A stretch of 64,000 nt of DNA. Origin: Parasitella parasitica NRRL 2501 (taxonomy: Eukaryota; Fungi; Mucoromycota). Of this stretch, positions 38,690 through 52,467 are shown piece after piece. The position numbers and the translations under genes are program-made. A model generated the notes under the pieces. The model searched no databases. It was not told the DNA's origin and saw only the letters and a program-made list of their open reading frames with translations. Position 1 is the first letter of the stretch. Each line of letters opens with the position of its first letter. The stretch covers positions 57,323-121,322 of the forward strand of contig MU619242.1 of the NCBI GenBank assembly GCA_025201805.1, given 5' to 3'.

Positions 38690-40055
38690 ATGATTTTCTC
38701 CTAATCCACATGTATCACACATATCCGCACAGACACCTACACTACAATCCCCACGTTTTTCTCGTATACAGACATCAAAATCAATATCAGCAAAAACTAC
38801 AGCAGCACATTTATAGTCAAACGAAAATAAACCATTATTTACATAGAATTGTAACTACATATATTTAGCATCATCATTGGAATTTTCGATAAAAAAATTG
38901 AGTTTATTATACTGTTATTAGTAGTCAAGGACCAAGGAACATTGTTCCTAATACCCCTCTTAAAGTTAAGTTAGAGTGGAATATAGGTGCAATATTTTGG
39001 ATATTCTCCCAAGGCAGTTTGTGTAATTTTTGTCAACATTCCGCCCCCCCTTTAAACTTTGCTTGATATGATGTTTAGGTTAAGGGAAAGATTTCCCAGT
39101 ATCCGTCACAAGTAGCTACCCATGACCAGTAACCCGTTTTCGTTGGTTCAACGAGATGTATGATAATCCTTGTCAGCATAGCCGCCCCCCATTGTAAATC
39201 GTCCACAGAAAGACAGACAAATTTATTCCGTAAAGCAAAATACGGGCGAATCTTAAGCCACCGATCTGTGTGCAAGTCAAGACCCCAAGAGCTACATTCA
39301 CCATAGCCATCGAAATCAACCCGAGAACCTGGGTGAATATCACTATTTTAAAAAATCCTTCCTTTTAGCCTATACTTCGTCCTCATCTCCTTGAAAAATA
39401 CGGCTTCAACCCTCCTGGTCATATAATTCAATCTTATAGTGGACGTCTATACCACCAAAGTGACTAACCATGTTCCTGATTTCTTGATGTCCCAAAGGAA
39501 TTTCCATGGGTTGTTCCTTTTTGTGCGTATATAATAGTGATGGCATGGTTCATCGCGTACTTGAAATGTATATGGATGATTTTTTGTTTGCAAATGAACC
39601 CCAAAATAAGGAAGCAGCATATGTAAATGGATAGTATATGGTAGGGGATCAGGCATTGACCAGCTAAAAAATTATTACGCCGAAACGAATAGTTTATACT
39701 TGTATAAAAGAAAGACGAGGGAAAAAAGAAAAGTAAAAGTTTGATGTTATGAGCATACAATCAGACGTGGTGTTTAAATTGCAGTTTTCCATGTCAAAAC
39801 ATTCGGTTGCCATCAATTCGATCGATCGCCATTAAATATATGTCGGCTTGGTCTCGTAGATATGTCCTAAAATAAAGTTTGCATTGATCTTAATGAACCA
39901 AACTCACAATTATCATTATAAAAATCCAAGAGGCACATTGCCCACACGTCGACATGGAATTATATCTGGTCTTCGGCAAGGGTTTCAGTTAAAGATGCTT
40001 TTAATAGTTAGGGATGAACGAGAAATAACTTTTTTTTGTTTGTCTTCTTAAACAA

Positions 40056-41211
40056 ATGAGTCAACAATACCTCAACTTGAATCGCACCAGTGACTAAATG
40101 CCGATTATCGGCTATGGGTGTTGGAAAGTTGAAGAGAATACAGAGCAAGTCATATACACGGCTATTAAAAATGGTTATCGTCTCATCGATGGAGCAGCAG
40201 TTTATAATAACGAAGTTGGCGTTGGTCGTGGTGTCAAGAGGGCCATCAAAGAGGGCATTGTGAAACGTCAAGATCTGTTTGGTAAATGCAATAAGCATCT
40301 CCATGTTTACCAGATTAAGTATTTTAAATAATGAAAATATATATAGTTGTCTCAAAGTTATGGAATAATTACCATAACAAAGCCCATGTCCGAGCTGCTA
40401 TTGATAGAACTCTTAAAGACCTGGAACTAGATTATGTTGACTTGTATATCATTCACTGTGAGTTTCAATACTACGCGTAAGAGTTTACATGTAATACGAG
40501 AAATCTAATGATATCCTACAAAACATATTCATAGTTCCTGTTCCTCTCAAGTACGTTGACCCTGCAATAGAGTATCCTGGCCCATGGTTTATCGATGGCA
40601 AGGTAGAGCTCGAAAAATCTCCTATGCATGAGCTTTGGGCAGAAATGGAGAATCTCGTCGATCTTGGTTTAACTCGTAATATTGGTATCTCCAACTTCAA
40701 TGCCCAACTGATTATGGACTTGCTAACCTACGCTAAATACAAGCCTGCAACATTGCAGAGTAAGCTAGTCCTGTTTTGTTGTAAATGTTTAAATTCTAAC
40801 GTGTCCACGCAAATAGTCGAGCTTCATCCATACTTGCAACAAACACCACTTGTTCAATGGGTTCAAGCGCAAGGTATCCAAGTCACTGCCTATTCATCGT
40901 TTGGCCCTAGCTCATACACTGTCTTTTCTGAGTCTGCAAAGACTGCCACTCCTTTACTGGAACATGGGGTGATCAAGGGGATTGCCTCCAAATATAAAAA
41001 GACACCTGCTCAAGTGCTTTTGCGCTGGAGCATTGAAAAGAACATTGCCGTAATCCCAAAGAGTATGAGCGAGGAGCGTATCAGATCGAATCTGGAAGTA
41101 TTTTCTTTCAGTTTGGACGATAATGATCACCAAGAAATCAAAAAACTTGATGAAAACCTTCGCTTCAATTCTCTCTTTGCATATAATATTAGCATTCCTC
41201 TTTTCAACTAA
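40056..41211 (+). CDS. Aldo-keto reductase, xylose reductase / 4-dihydromethyltrisporate dehydrogenase (TSP1)-like; in-frame TAA at codon 14
   Basis: [38 protein letters not shown]|[35 protein letters not shown] and IPLF. 3 introns. Confidence 0.88.
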
Positions 41212-41519
41212 ATAAATCATGAACGGTAGTATGATCCACGCATCAAACAGGTAAAATTTTAACAAAGGCTATTGTTTTGGTCTCCAAGATATCATCTAGA
41301 GTATTAAGAAATATAAAATCATCTTGTTGCCTTTATAAACAATAGCAATCACTATAGAAAGCTAGGTGCAATATGGTTTTAATTTCCACTTGCAGTGCCT
41401 ATGAGTATTTATGCTTCAAGAAATGGTGAAATGCAAAACCACAAAGTGTTGTAACACGTGCGTAGTATATGACATAAGTAATAGTTGAACAATGGGACGA
41501 AAAATGAAAACTAAAAAAT

Positions 41520-43238
41520 CTACAAGAGGAAAGCACCAGTAAGGGCAACGACAGGAGAGCCAGTGACACGAGGTAAACTCCAGGCAACAGCACCAGTAGT
41601 CTCAGCAGAACCAGCAACATCCAGATGAGTATAACCGATAGATAACTCCTTGTTATCCAAGCCATATTTATCCAATTCAGAGGCCTGTAACATGAAACCA
41701 GCAGGATATTGATGGCCACGATTAGTCATAGTAGAAGGTTGGTCGTTTGCAGACACAAGATCTTCACTCGATCGACCAGGGCGCACACATGTCACATCTT
41801 CACGACGCAATGTAGAGATCTCAAAAGGATCAGCCAGGAGATGACCAGCATCATGAACACGCTTACTGACATGATTCTTGCGAGCAAAGCCATTGTCCAA
41901 TGTGATACCATAGCCGTCATAGGCACGAATAGCATGGCCTGTCAAAGTTGCGCAGGTAAACAAAAGAGACGGTGCACCGGAAGCAAGAGTGTTTTCTTTC
42001 TTGTTAGCAAGCACCTTTTCCTTGAATTCACACAAGAGATCGGTCATAACCATACGGCCTTCGGCATCAGTATTGCCTACCAATACACGCTTGCCACTAC
42101 GAGCAGAAATAACCTCGTCACTGACGTACATGTCAGGACCAACGGAGTTGCGAACAAGAGCAAGACCACCAGACACATTGACCTTTTCAGGCGCCATCAT
42201 GGAAACAGTCTTGAAGAAGCCAGCGACAGCAGCAGCGCCACACTTGTCACGAGACATGTCTCTCATGTGGCCACTGCACTTGATATCTGCCCCACCTGTA
42301 TCATAGGTGACACCCTTACCAACAAAGAATAAGCTATAAAAAAAAAAACAAAAAAAAAAAAACCTCAAGTTAAACTAGGATTCAACTGTCAATAAAGATA
42401 CTTACTTTTCCTTAACCTTGGATTGATCAGGAGAAACATATTCAAACTTGACGAAGCGAGGATGATGGCGCGCAACAGCCAAGGAAGCACGGGTAACAGC
42501 ATGAGCCAATGGGTAATTCTTCTTGATATACTCGATATCCTCAATAACAGAGACCTTTACATTGGATACGTCCTTGAATTGCTCTTGGATGTAATTTGCA
42601 ATATTGATGGGAGACATGATCTCAGGATCAGGGTTACCAATGTCCTTGCAAACACGACGACCTGCCTCGACTGCGCTGACAAGCTTAATCAAATCATCAT
42701 GCTGATCTTGAGGCATGGTGCTGACAACGCCAACACGCTCAAAAGCCTTGATTTTAACAGAAGCGCTCTGACGTACATCAAAGGGTTCAAAGCTAGATTC
42801 CAGCAGACCCAACATGGTGACACCCAAAAAGTGGCTATAATCGCTGCTGGCGTCAAACGTCCAGTGGGACTCGGCGGCGACAGGCTCATCAGCAAAGCAA
42901 ACGAGGGGAGAGGTCATACCAACCTTGAGGGCCTGAACACCGGCAGAGTAGGCAATGTCCTTGAAGCGACGGACATCATCAAAGTCGTTGTAAAGAGAGC
43001 CAGTGGGAGCCAGTAAGATGCGCTTGTGGGGCTGGGCACCGTCGGGGAGGATCAGCTGCAAAGATTCGCCAAAGGTAGCGTCCAGCTCCATGTGCTTTTG
43101 AATCGAAGGCACAATGCTCTTTAACGCTTGTTTGTCAGTGAACACAACAATAAGGCCATCGTAGTTGCTTTGGGATTGCTGCAGAGTCTCCGCCAATTTG
43201 TTCTGGTGGGATAATAATTCAAGCTTGGGCAACTCCAT
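41520..43238 (-). CDS. Cytosol (leucyl) aminopeptidase, M17 family
   Basis: FVGKGVTYDTGGADIK, MSRDKCGAA, NTDAEGRM, ATLTG and HLDVAG. Intron 42334-42405. Confidence 0.93.
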
Positions 43239-43973
43239 TTTCGTAAGTTTGTATATAAAAAGGGAAAAGAAAAAAAAAGAAATTTTTTGGGATGATAATA
43301 GATATTATATCAATATACAGCGGCATCGAGCCTGGGTTTCTTGCTTCCGGCAAAACGCTGCTGCCTTTGCACAACTCCGCATACATGACATCTTGCTTGA
43401 TGCCTCCCAGATTCGCCAATGTAGCCCCCCCCCCGTAGACAGCAAAAAAGTTGGCACACTGGATATAGTGTTTTTCAACAGCATATCGCAAGCAATGGCT
43501 GCCAACAAAAAAAAAATAGACGTGTGGGGGCCATGGCATTAGCCGTAATCAAACAGATGCGGAAAATTAGACTCATGCTGCTGCTACTACTGCGTCTCTT
43601 TTGTTTTTTGCATTGAATGAATCTTGCCGTATCAATTATTCTCACGGGGTCTCACTGAATAGTTACACACTACAGATACGCAACGACATTCAGGCGCAGC
43701 ATCATATTGAGTCATCATTTGCAACCGAGAATAGCGACAAGCAAAAAGGGATTACAGACATAACCAAGTTTGTTGCTTGTCAATATTTCCAATGTTTTCA
43801 CTCCCTGCTGCTGCTGCGGTGGTGGGCAAATCCTCAGCGTGGCGCTTGTTCCTATTCCCATTAAAACCCAGGATGTGGCCAGTATGATTGCATAAATACA
43901 TATAAAAACGCTGCTTTTTTCCCTCTTCTTGAGTTCTTTTCTCTCTCTCTCTCTTAAAACAACTTATTTTAAA

Positions 43974-45963
43974 ATGACCGTAAAGGACAAAAATTTGATC
44001 GAGGAAGCCAACCTTTTGGCAGACGCCTTGCGCAAGGCCTCTATATCTGATCAGAAGCAGCAGCAAACACTAGTAGATAGCATGCTCGATAGTCTGATTG
44101 ATGGCACCACAAATAAGCATGACGCAGCAAAGTCGATAAAAGTATAACGCAAATGTATTGCGCTGTATGGTGCTCCAGGAATACTCAATTGTTGCTAATA
44201 GGAAATATTATTAAACCCCACACAGCAAGATATTGACTATTTAACAGACCTAATATCGACCCGGATAGATCAAGGCAGAGGAGAGACGTTATTTGAAATT
44301 GGGTTGGAAGGTAGTATGTAAAATGTTGTCAAGACGCACCATCTTACGTGTCTGGAACACCCCATAGACGACGGCTCATCTATGAACTTGTCGCAAGCCG
44401 ACTACAGCAAATGCATCGAAACCATCCGCATTGTCGCTGATAAACTGCACGCAGACTTTGCAAACATCGACGAATTAAACACACTGGACCCCACTGCAAA
44501 GCCTTCGAATTCGACAGACATCTATCACTTGATGATCCGAAAGCGCCCTCAATCAGTGCAAGATTTGCTGGAAATCAGAGTGGCCGTTGTGGGAAATGTC
44601 GATGCAGGCAAATCCACCATGCTCGGCGTTTTGACTAAAGGTGTGCTGGACGACGGCCGAGGCAAAGCGCGGGCCAACTTGTTTCGCCACAAGCACGAAG
44701 TTATATCAGGTCGAACATCCAGTGTTGGTGGCGAAATACTGGGCTTTGATGCTGCGTCGAGACCCATTCTTCACTCGGGGAAAAAGATCACTTGGGAAGA
44801 AATCACTGCCAAGGCTGCCAAAGTCTTGAGTTTTGTCGATCTGGCTGGACATGAAAAATATCTCAAGACAACCGTATTCGGCATGACAGGCAGTGCACCT
44901 GAATTTGCCATGCTGATGGTTGGCGCTAATTCCGGCATGATTGGCATGTCCAAGGAGCATCTGGGCTTGGCGTTGTCTCTAGGAATCCCTGTTCTGGTGG
45001 TCATCACCAAGATTGATCGATGCCCTGCCCATGTGCTGGACGAGACCATCAAGGAACTAACTTCCATTCTCAAGTCAAAGTCCTGTCGTAAGATTCCTTT
45101 GTTTGTAGAAAACAATCACGATGTTGTGATGACAGCAGTAAGTTGCGCTTGGTTCGCATCTGCCGTATACAAAACCTAATAGGTGCATATATGCCTTTAC
45201 TTTTTCCCTGTGTAGCAAAACTTTGTCAGTGAACGGTTATGCCCTATATTCCAGGTTTCCAATGTGACAGGTCAGGGCCTTGATTTGGTGCGCAACTTTC
45301 TAAACACTCTGCCCTCTCTGACCAAGTACGAAAGCGACCAGCCCTTCCATTATGAGATCAACGAGACATATTCCGTACCTTTCGTGGGAACAGTTGTCAG
45401 CGGCGTCATGAAGAGCGGCATGGTTCATATTGGAGACAAGGTATTGCTGGGCCCTGATCACGCAGGCCAGTTTATCACATCAACCATCAAGGGCATCCAT
45501 CGCAAAAGAGTCTCAATACCCGTCGCAAGAGCTGGACAGAGTGTGACATTTGCATTGAAGAATGTGCGGCGCAATGCAATACGAAAAGGACAGGTTTTGT
45601 TGGCGTACGAAAAGGACAAGCCTACCCCTCCCTCGTCAAGAAGATTCGAAGCTGAAGTCTTGGTCTTGTACCATTCCACCACCATCAAATCCAAATATCA
45701 GGCAATGGTTCACTGCGGTGCAGTTAGGCAAACAGCCAGCATTCTGACCACAGACAAAACTGTGCTTCGAACCGGTGACCGTGCCAAAGTTGTAAGTACA
45801 TAGACAAACAAATTACAAGAGACTGGGCGCATGTATACTGATGTATTCTACTCAGGAATTCGAGTTTGTCAAGAATCCTGAATATTTGACAATTGGAACA
45901 CGGTTAATCTTCAGAGAAGGAAGAACAAAAGGCGTCGGTAAAATCACCCAATTACTTGCATGA
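43974..45963 (+). CDS. GTPBP1: GTP-binding protein 1/2 (translational GTPase family)
   Basis: [49 protein letters not shown]-Tu-like domains II/III and [10 protein letters not shown]. Confidence 0.92.
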
Positions 45964-46005
45964 ATTAATAAAATAAAAAAAGATATGTACAACGGGCAGG
46001 TTTAT

Positions 46006-46941
46006 TTAGTTTAAATCATTGTCTACAAACGAGATTGTTGGCTTTTTTGGGTCGTGAATGCGTAAATGACGGCGCAAGTTGCTCTGTACACTGAACTTTT
46101 TGCCGCAGCTTGGCTCTGGGCATTCAAATGGCTTTTCTCCGGTATGAGAGAAAACGTGGGTTCTTAAGCTAGATGGCCTCGTAAAGCATTTTTTACAGTA
46201 AGGGCACACATATCTACCAGTTGAATTCGATTGAGTGACAGTAAGTTCTGTCTCTTCATCTCTTTTATGTGAGGCTGTCTCGGCTTTTTCGTGCTCTTTT
46301 CGAAGAGTGGTTGGGTATGTAAAATCGGAATAGGATCTTGAATGGGTTCTTTTTCTAATGTGATTTTTGTCTAATGATAAGGATTGCATGGCTACTGCTA
46401 ATGATGCACTGGATGATTTTAACATTGAAGGAGCTGAATGGAGATAAGCAGGGCGATGATGAAGACGGTGATGTTGATGGGCATGCTGAGGAGGAGGGGG
46501 AGGAAGTAAAATTCTATTCTTGTTGTTTGTGACATGATCAGAGGCACAGCGTCTATTGTATTTGATGTGCTCAATGGCATGTCGTCTATTGTCATTGTGG
46601 GCGGCGTGATCAAAGGCATGTCGTCTATTTTTTGATGTGACAAGCTGCAAGGGATGTCGTCTATTATTTGTGAATGTGGCATGCTCAGAGGCATATCGTC
46701 TATTATTTGTGAATGTGGCATGCTCAGAGGCATATCGTCTATGGGTGTGTAGAGTTGATCTGTAAAGTTGTCTATGAATCTGCTTTTGATTTTCTAATCT
46801 CATGGGTGATTTATCATAATCTAGATATGGCAAGTCAATTTGGCTGTCCAGTCTATTCTACATACATGTATACTTACCGATCAAACCGGGACCTCCTTGC
46901 AAGAGATCCCTGATCGAAGGTAATGTAGGCTTTTGATTCAT
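46006..46941 (-). CDS. C2H2 zinc-finger transcription factor (2 fingers) with internal tandem repeats
   Basis: Exon 1 [14 protein letters not shown], intron at about 46821-46877. [53 protein letters not shown]. Confidence 0.9.
46513..46742 (-). repeat. Coding tandem repeat, 33-39 bp units
   Basis: Two identical 39-bp units (46657-46734) plus about 4 degenerate units, most starting (T/G)CGTCTAT. Confidence 0.85.
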
Positions 46942-47672
46942 TCTATTTAGTAATAATCACACTACTAACACCAAAAGAGTTCTATATATTATGTGAAAAA
47001 AAAAGTGGTTGAGTGAGAGAGAGAGATCTACAAAAAAAAAGAGGTTTTTATATGCGAATGGGAGGTATGATTTACATGCACCCTTAATGCTTAAAGGAAA
47101 AAGTAGAATGGAACAAACTTGTCTCATTGTGTTTAAACTTTATTTTGTTATTATTTCCAGGAAACAATGATGGCAACTGGGATCATATAAAGTCAATAAC
47201 AATGGTACAACCAGGCCAATGTATTCAAGATGAATGGTGTCGGCCACTTTTAACTTTGATTGTAGAGGCATGTTTACGTCGGATTTTGACTATATTTGAT
47301 CAAGTTAATAATGTAGCTTAAAAGTATCCATCCAATATTAGCTGCATGAGCACTTAGGCCCTATCTGCTGTACCTTGGATCAAGATGGGTCCCCCCTTTT
47401 TTTTATTTTTATTTTACAGTTTTCAACAGAGCATAATGTATGCATGTAATAAAAAAAAAATCAAGGGGAACAAGTTATTTGAACAGAATAAATAAAACAA
47501 ATTGATATTTATTACATTTATGCAATATCTCATTGGCGAATGCAGTTATAATTTACAGGTACCAACTGTCTGGGAAATAAATAAGAGAAGTGCTAATACC
47601 TGTATTAATATTACTATTCTATTATTCTATTTTTTTTTTAATATTTTCCTTTTATACAAAACATAAATAACA

Positions 47673-48221
47673 ATGGCAAGCAGTTTACACAAGCAGTTTT
47701 TCCAAAAGCCCTACTTTGCTGTTGTAGGTGCAAGCACTACACGTTCAAAATATGGTAATAAAGTTTTACGCTGGTAAACATTCACTATATGTTGCAATAT
47801 AATCCATATCGTCCTTACTATGTTGAATTCAATGTAAAAGGTATCAGTCAAATGATCTCAATGTCACACCTATTCATCACGTAAAGTATTACACTTGTAC
47901 ATGTTTGAAAGAGTTCGAGCCTATTCACATATTTTTATATAGAAAGAAGTTGAGATAGAGAAACTAGCTACTCAACCTTCCATCAAGGAATTACCTTCTC
48001 CTAAGGATACCTCCATTTCCATTATCACACCACCTCAAGTCACTCTTAGCGTCTTGAAAGACGCCCAAGTTTTAGGCATAAACAATGTCTGGATTCAACC
48101 AGGAGCAGAGGATCAAAAGGTCATTGATTTTGCCAAGGATAATAAGGATATGAATATTATTTTGGGCGGATCTTGCATTTTGGTAGAAGGATCAGCGTTT
48201 TTACACGAAGCACGGCTTTAA
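47673..48221 (+). CDS. CoA-binding domain protein (YccU/CoA_binding_2-like) with C-terminal PTS1
   Basis: 3 exons, missing from the ORF track. FAVVGASTTRSKYGNKVLRW|Y...ISIITPPQVT...VWIQPGAED...GGSCILVEG..ARL*. Confidence 0.88.
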
Positions 48222-48240
48222 GTTTTTATTTTTGTTTTAA

Positions 48241-50117
48241 TCACAGAGATAATGATAATTTCAGGGTGATCACCTGGAAAGGTTTGACTTTGATTAATAA
48301 ACCTTTGTTTAATTGTCTTTCGTGTTCCTGCTGTTGTAGTTCCAACACGTCTTCGTCCAAAACTCGCAAATTTGTGCTGAATGTTCGATCCAGTGTAGAA
48401 GAGCTGTTGATGGGTATTTCTTCCAGCTCGTCCTCGAGAAGATTGCAAATAACGGCCCGTGTAATGATTTGAGAGCTACATTGAATGTATTTATCAGTAC
48501 AACATCCACTGGCATTCCTCTGTTTACTGCTTACCTTACTAGTCTTGCTCTGACATGTCCGCCATACGCTTCAAAAATTCTGATGATAACATCATTTGAA
48601 TCCTCTGCTTTCTTGATAGTATCCAGTACCACGTTTGAAGCATTATCTATTCTAAATTGAGGGAAAGCATGATTGACGCTGCTGATCCTGCTTTTCGGTA
48701 TTATTCTGTATATAGGGAATGGAAAAAATAAGTAACAAGATAAAAGTATGGATACACATGCATACCTTGCCAGCAGGGGCGAATTAAAATTGTAACCTTC
48801 ACGAACCACGTCAGATTGCAAGAAATGATTTTCGTGTGGGTAGATGGCATACTTGAACGAATGGTGCCCCACATCACAATTGGAATCTGGTGCTTTTGGA
48901 GATCTCAACAATGACAATCTCAAAACGTTTTGATACGCTGAATAGCCATACTTGCAATCATTCAATAAAGCCACCCCATAGCCGAATTCAGACATGTCTG
49001 CAAACTTTTGAGCTACCACTTCGAATTTCGCGCTCTCCCAGCTAGTGTTGTAATGTGTAGGTCTTTGCACATGGCCATACTGGCATTCATAATTGACGTT
49101 ATCAGTCAAGATATCCCAGGCAAACTCGACCTTGAGAAACTGCCTGTTTTCGTTCCAATCCACTTCTGTTTCAAAATCCAAGCGACGTGAAACTGCAGAC
49201 AAAACTACAATCTGTCGTAATCTGCTTGTTTTTGATAGCTTTTTTTCGATCAGTAGGGACGCCCTCAGAGGCCCTTGCTCCAATATCTGCACGGATCCCT
49301 CTTCAATCGTTTTGAACTTTTCCAAATGATAAATCTCGACATCCCACGCGTCCCAGAAAAGAGGAATATCCTCGTACATGCGAAAGACATTGCCTCGTTC
49401 TTGCGATTTGACCAACTCTCGCTCGACAGCCTTGTCAAACAGGTGTATTAAATGACCAGACTTGTCAAAGGTAACCGTAATGTACTGATTTTCCATTACC
49501 ACGTTGTTCATATGATCAGTGTGGACTTTGACTGGGTTTATTTGCACCATGGGATCATCAAACGCAGTGCCTGTCGCACTACCAGGCGCCACGTTGGCAA
49601 CAACATAGCCAGTACTGCCAAAAGCCGAGTACTGTTTAAACGTTACGTTGTCTTCTAAAGGCACTTCTAGAATAGCACGTCTCTCCCATGACAGCGTGTT
49701 AATCACAGCCAGTGCGTTTCCGCCCGTAATATGTCCTTTTTCTTCAGAACCGAATAAAGTTGATATCAGGTCAGAGCGCATCTGTTTGCCCAGGACATCT
49801 ACTTTGGTATACATCTGCAAGCAATCGTCATACACCATCTCTATGGCAGAACCAGACATTACATCGTGGAATTGCGGTAGACAGATCAGCTTCCAGAATT
49901 CATCAAGTTCATTTTTGGGGTATCGGAAATCAGGGACCTTGATCATGGCAAAAGTAGCCAGCATTTCAATATCGCGCAGCAAGAATTCGCATGTGCGGTT
50001 AAGTTTCTTGCAGAAGGATTGGGTCGTGTAAATACCTCTATGCAATTCGAAATACTAATAAATAAAAGGGTCGTTAATGCATCGACTGCTACAGACTCTG
50101 AACCTCTCTAGTCTTTC

Positions 50118-50179
<62 letters not shown>

Positions 50180-51430
50180 AGTTCACCTTTCCAGGAGGGA
50201 AGTTCTGTTGCAGTTTGTTCAACTTTCTGGTAAAAGTCAGTGGGCAGAGCCATCTCCGTCTTGGGCAGACCATCTACGTTTTTCATTCTTCTCAGTCGCT
50301 CCAGCATGCCTGCCAATGGTCCTCCTCCTCCATCGCCATTTCCATAGACTAGCAGGCTTGCATTGGAATAAACTTTATCTCGATGATTCTTGACGCTCCT
50401 CACTAGTTCCTCTGGCGTGCATTGCGCATTGTAAGTTTCTGATGGTGCCATGTGCGTCAGCGATTTCGAGCCATCCAATCCAATCCACCAAAACGTTGTT
50501 AGTGGAAATTTATTCACATTATTCCAAGATAGCTTTTGCGTAAAAAAATATTTCATGTCTGCCAGCTGCATCAGCTGCGGTAGTTGCGAAGAGTATCCAA
50601 ACGAATCAGGCAGCCAAAATACACTGCATCTTTTCCCGAAATTCTGCTCAAAGAAGCGCTGGCCCAGCAGGAACTGTCTGCACAGAGATTCGCCTGATGG
50701 CATGCTTGTATCCATCTCGACCCAAGTGCCGCCAGTCGGCAAAAACTGCCCTACATTCACCTTTTCCATGATTCTCTCCCACAAGCGCGGATAACGGTCT
50801 TTGACCCAGTGAAACTGCTGAGCCTGTGAGCATATAAACTTGTATTCTGGGTATCTGTCCATTAGATTGATTTGAGAGGACCAGCTGCGGGCTGATTTAC
50901 GGATTGTCTCATCGAAAGGCCATAGCCACGCTGTGTCGATATGGCAATGGCCGATCGCATAAATCTCGTGCTGTGCATCCCCGTTTTTGGACTTTAAGAA
51001 TACATCTGCGATTTCAAGCCCTTGAATAATGGACTCATTATCGCCTGGACTGAATGCATTAATGATGCGATTGGCAGTGTAAAGCGCTTGTGATCCTCGC
51101 AGCGAGTCTTCTGGTAAGTCCTTTGCCATGCCCATGATGATCTGGAAGGCGTATAATAGATCCCAGGCGTGTTTATTGGGCACAGCTAAATCCTGTCATC
51201 AAACGCTGTCAGTCAGATATTCATCGTAGCGTTCGCAACATGTCACTTACAACTTGGGTTAGGTTGAAGAATCGATTTGGATCAGGCGCACCGATAAGTC
51301 CGCTCCCTGCACCAAACATGCCATTGCACGCCATTTCAATGTAAAACTGAATAATCTCCCCACCGTTTGCGCTGTTTGTCAATATGTATTCGAGTCGAGC
51401 ATCGCTACCAGCTGTGCAAANNNNNNNNNN

Positions 51431-51461
<31 letters not shown>

Positions 51462-52176
51462 CTGTGAGAGCTGATCATTGCTTTTTTCGTGCGGTATTGT
51501 TATTTTACCTCCTCCTGTCAAACCTTGCAACGGCGCTCCGTCCATGCTCCATATCATAGCCTCGTTGTCTGCGTTCCATATAAACTGCACCTGCTCCCCA
51601 ACAAATTCATTTGGAATCCTCAATTGGACGTGAAACCAGTGTGTGGACTACAGATAAATGGGATTCACATGTGCAACGTTAAATTATTATGGAAAAAGCA
51701 AAACTTTAATTCTATATACCCATGAAGGACCAAACCATTCTCCCAGCCGTGTTGGTCTGTACTCTTGCTGTATTGCTTCTTCAAACGAGATTCTTTTGAG
51801 ATCGGGCACACTGTGAACCAGCAGTGAGATGTATTCCTCTGCAAACATGTGTTAATGTGCGGCATCCCCTCGACGTCAAAAAGTAGGACATGTACATACC
51901 TGAATTGGTTTTAGCTTTGTATAGTTGAGAGAGCAGATTGACATCGCTGCCGTTAGCGCCGCCACTGGTAAAGTTGGAACATCGGTCAATGGTGATGCTT
52001 CTAATAAGCTTTGGGTGGTCTAATACGTGTGGCTGCTGCTGCAGTGGCCTTTGATTCGAGTGGTAGTCGGCAGCCATGTACGATCCTCCTGCGTTTGCAG
52101 TCAATGAGCCTACTGCTCCCACTCCTCGACCTTCTCCATTGCCTGAGCTAAATTGAAATTGACCAAGTAAGTCCAT
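48241..52176 (-). CDS. AMS1: Alpha-mannosidase, GH38 (vacuolar Ams1 / MAN2C1-like)
   Basis: GHCHIDTAWLWP, GGTWVEMD, FWLPDSFGYS, GNGDGGGGP, QFHDV, WDAWD, LLNDCKYG and VKPFQVITLK. Multi-exon, with an N gap in one intron. Confidence 0.95.
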
Positions 52177-52467
52177 TGTTCTCAAGAAAGATGGAAAGAG
52201 AAAAAGAGGCAAAATTGGATGTTGCAACTCAGTTTTCAAATGAAATTTCCAGGGATTTTACGCACAAGCACACGCACACGCACACGCACAAGCACACACC
52301 CACACACCCACACACAAACTCAAGCACAAGCCAACCAGCATCTGCATTTCTTTAGACATTATAACAGTGCAACAAGATACTTGATAAAAATATAAAAGAA
52401 GACAATCATTTATTTCAAATCAAAAAAAAAAAAAAAAAAAAAAAAATCAGTGGTTATACCATTGAAG

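Noticed and set aside
41709-43016. Long plus-strand ORFs (207 and 197 aa)
   Set aside because: Antisense shadows of the codon-biased M17 aminopeptidase.
46513-46742. Repeat array considered as CRISPR-like
   Set aside because: The units are in-frame coding repeats without unique spacers, in a eukaryotic gene.
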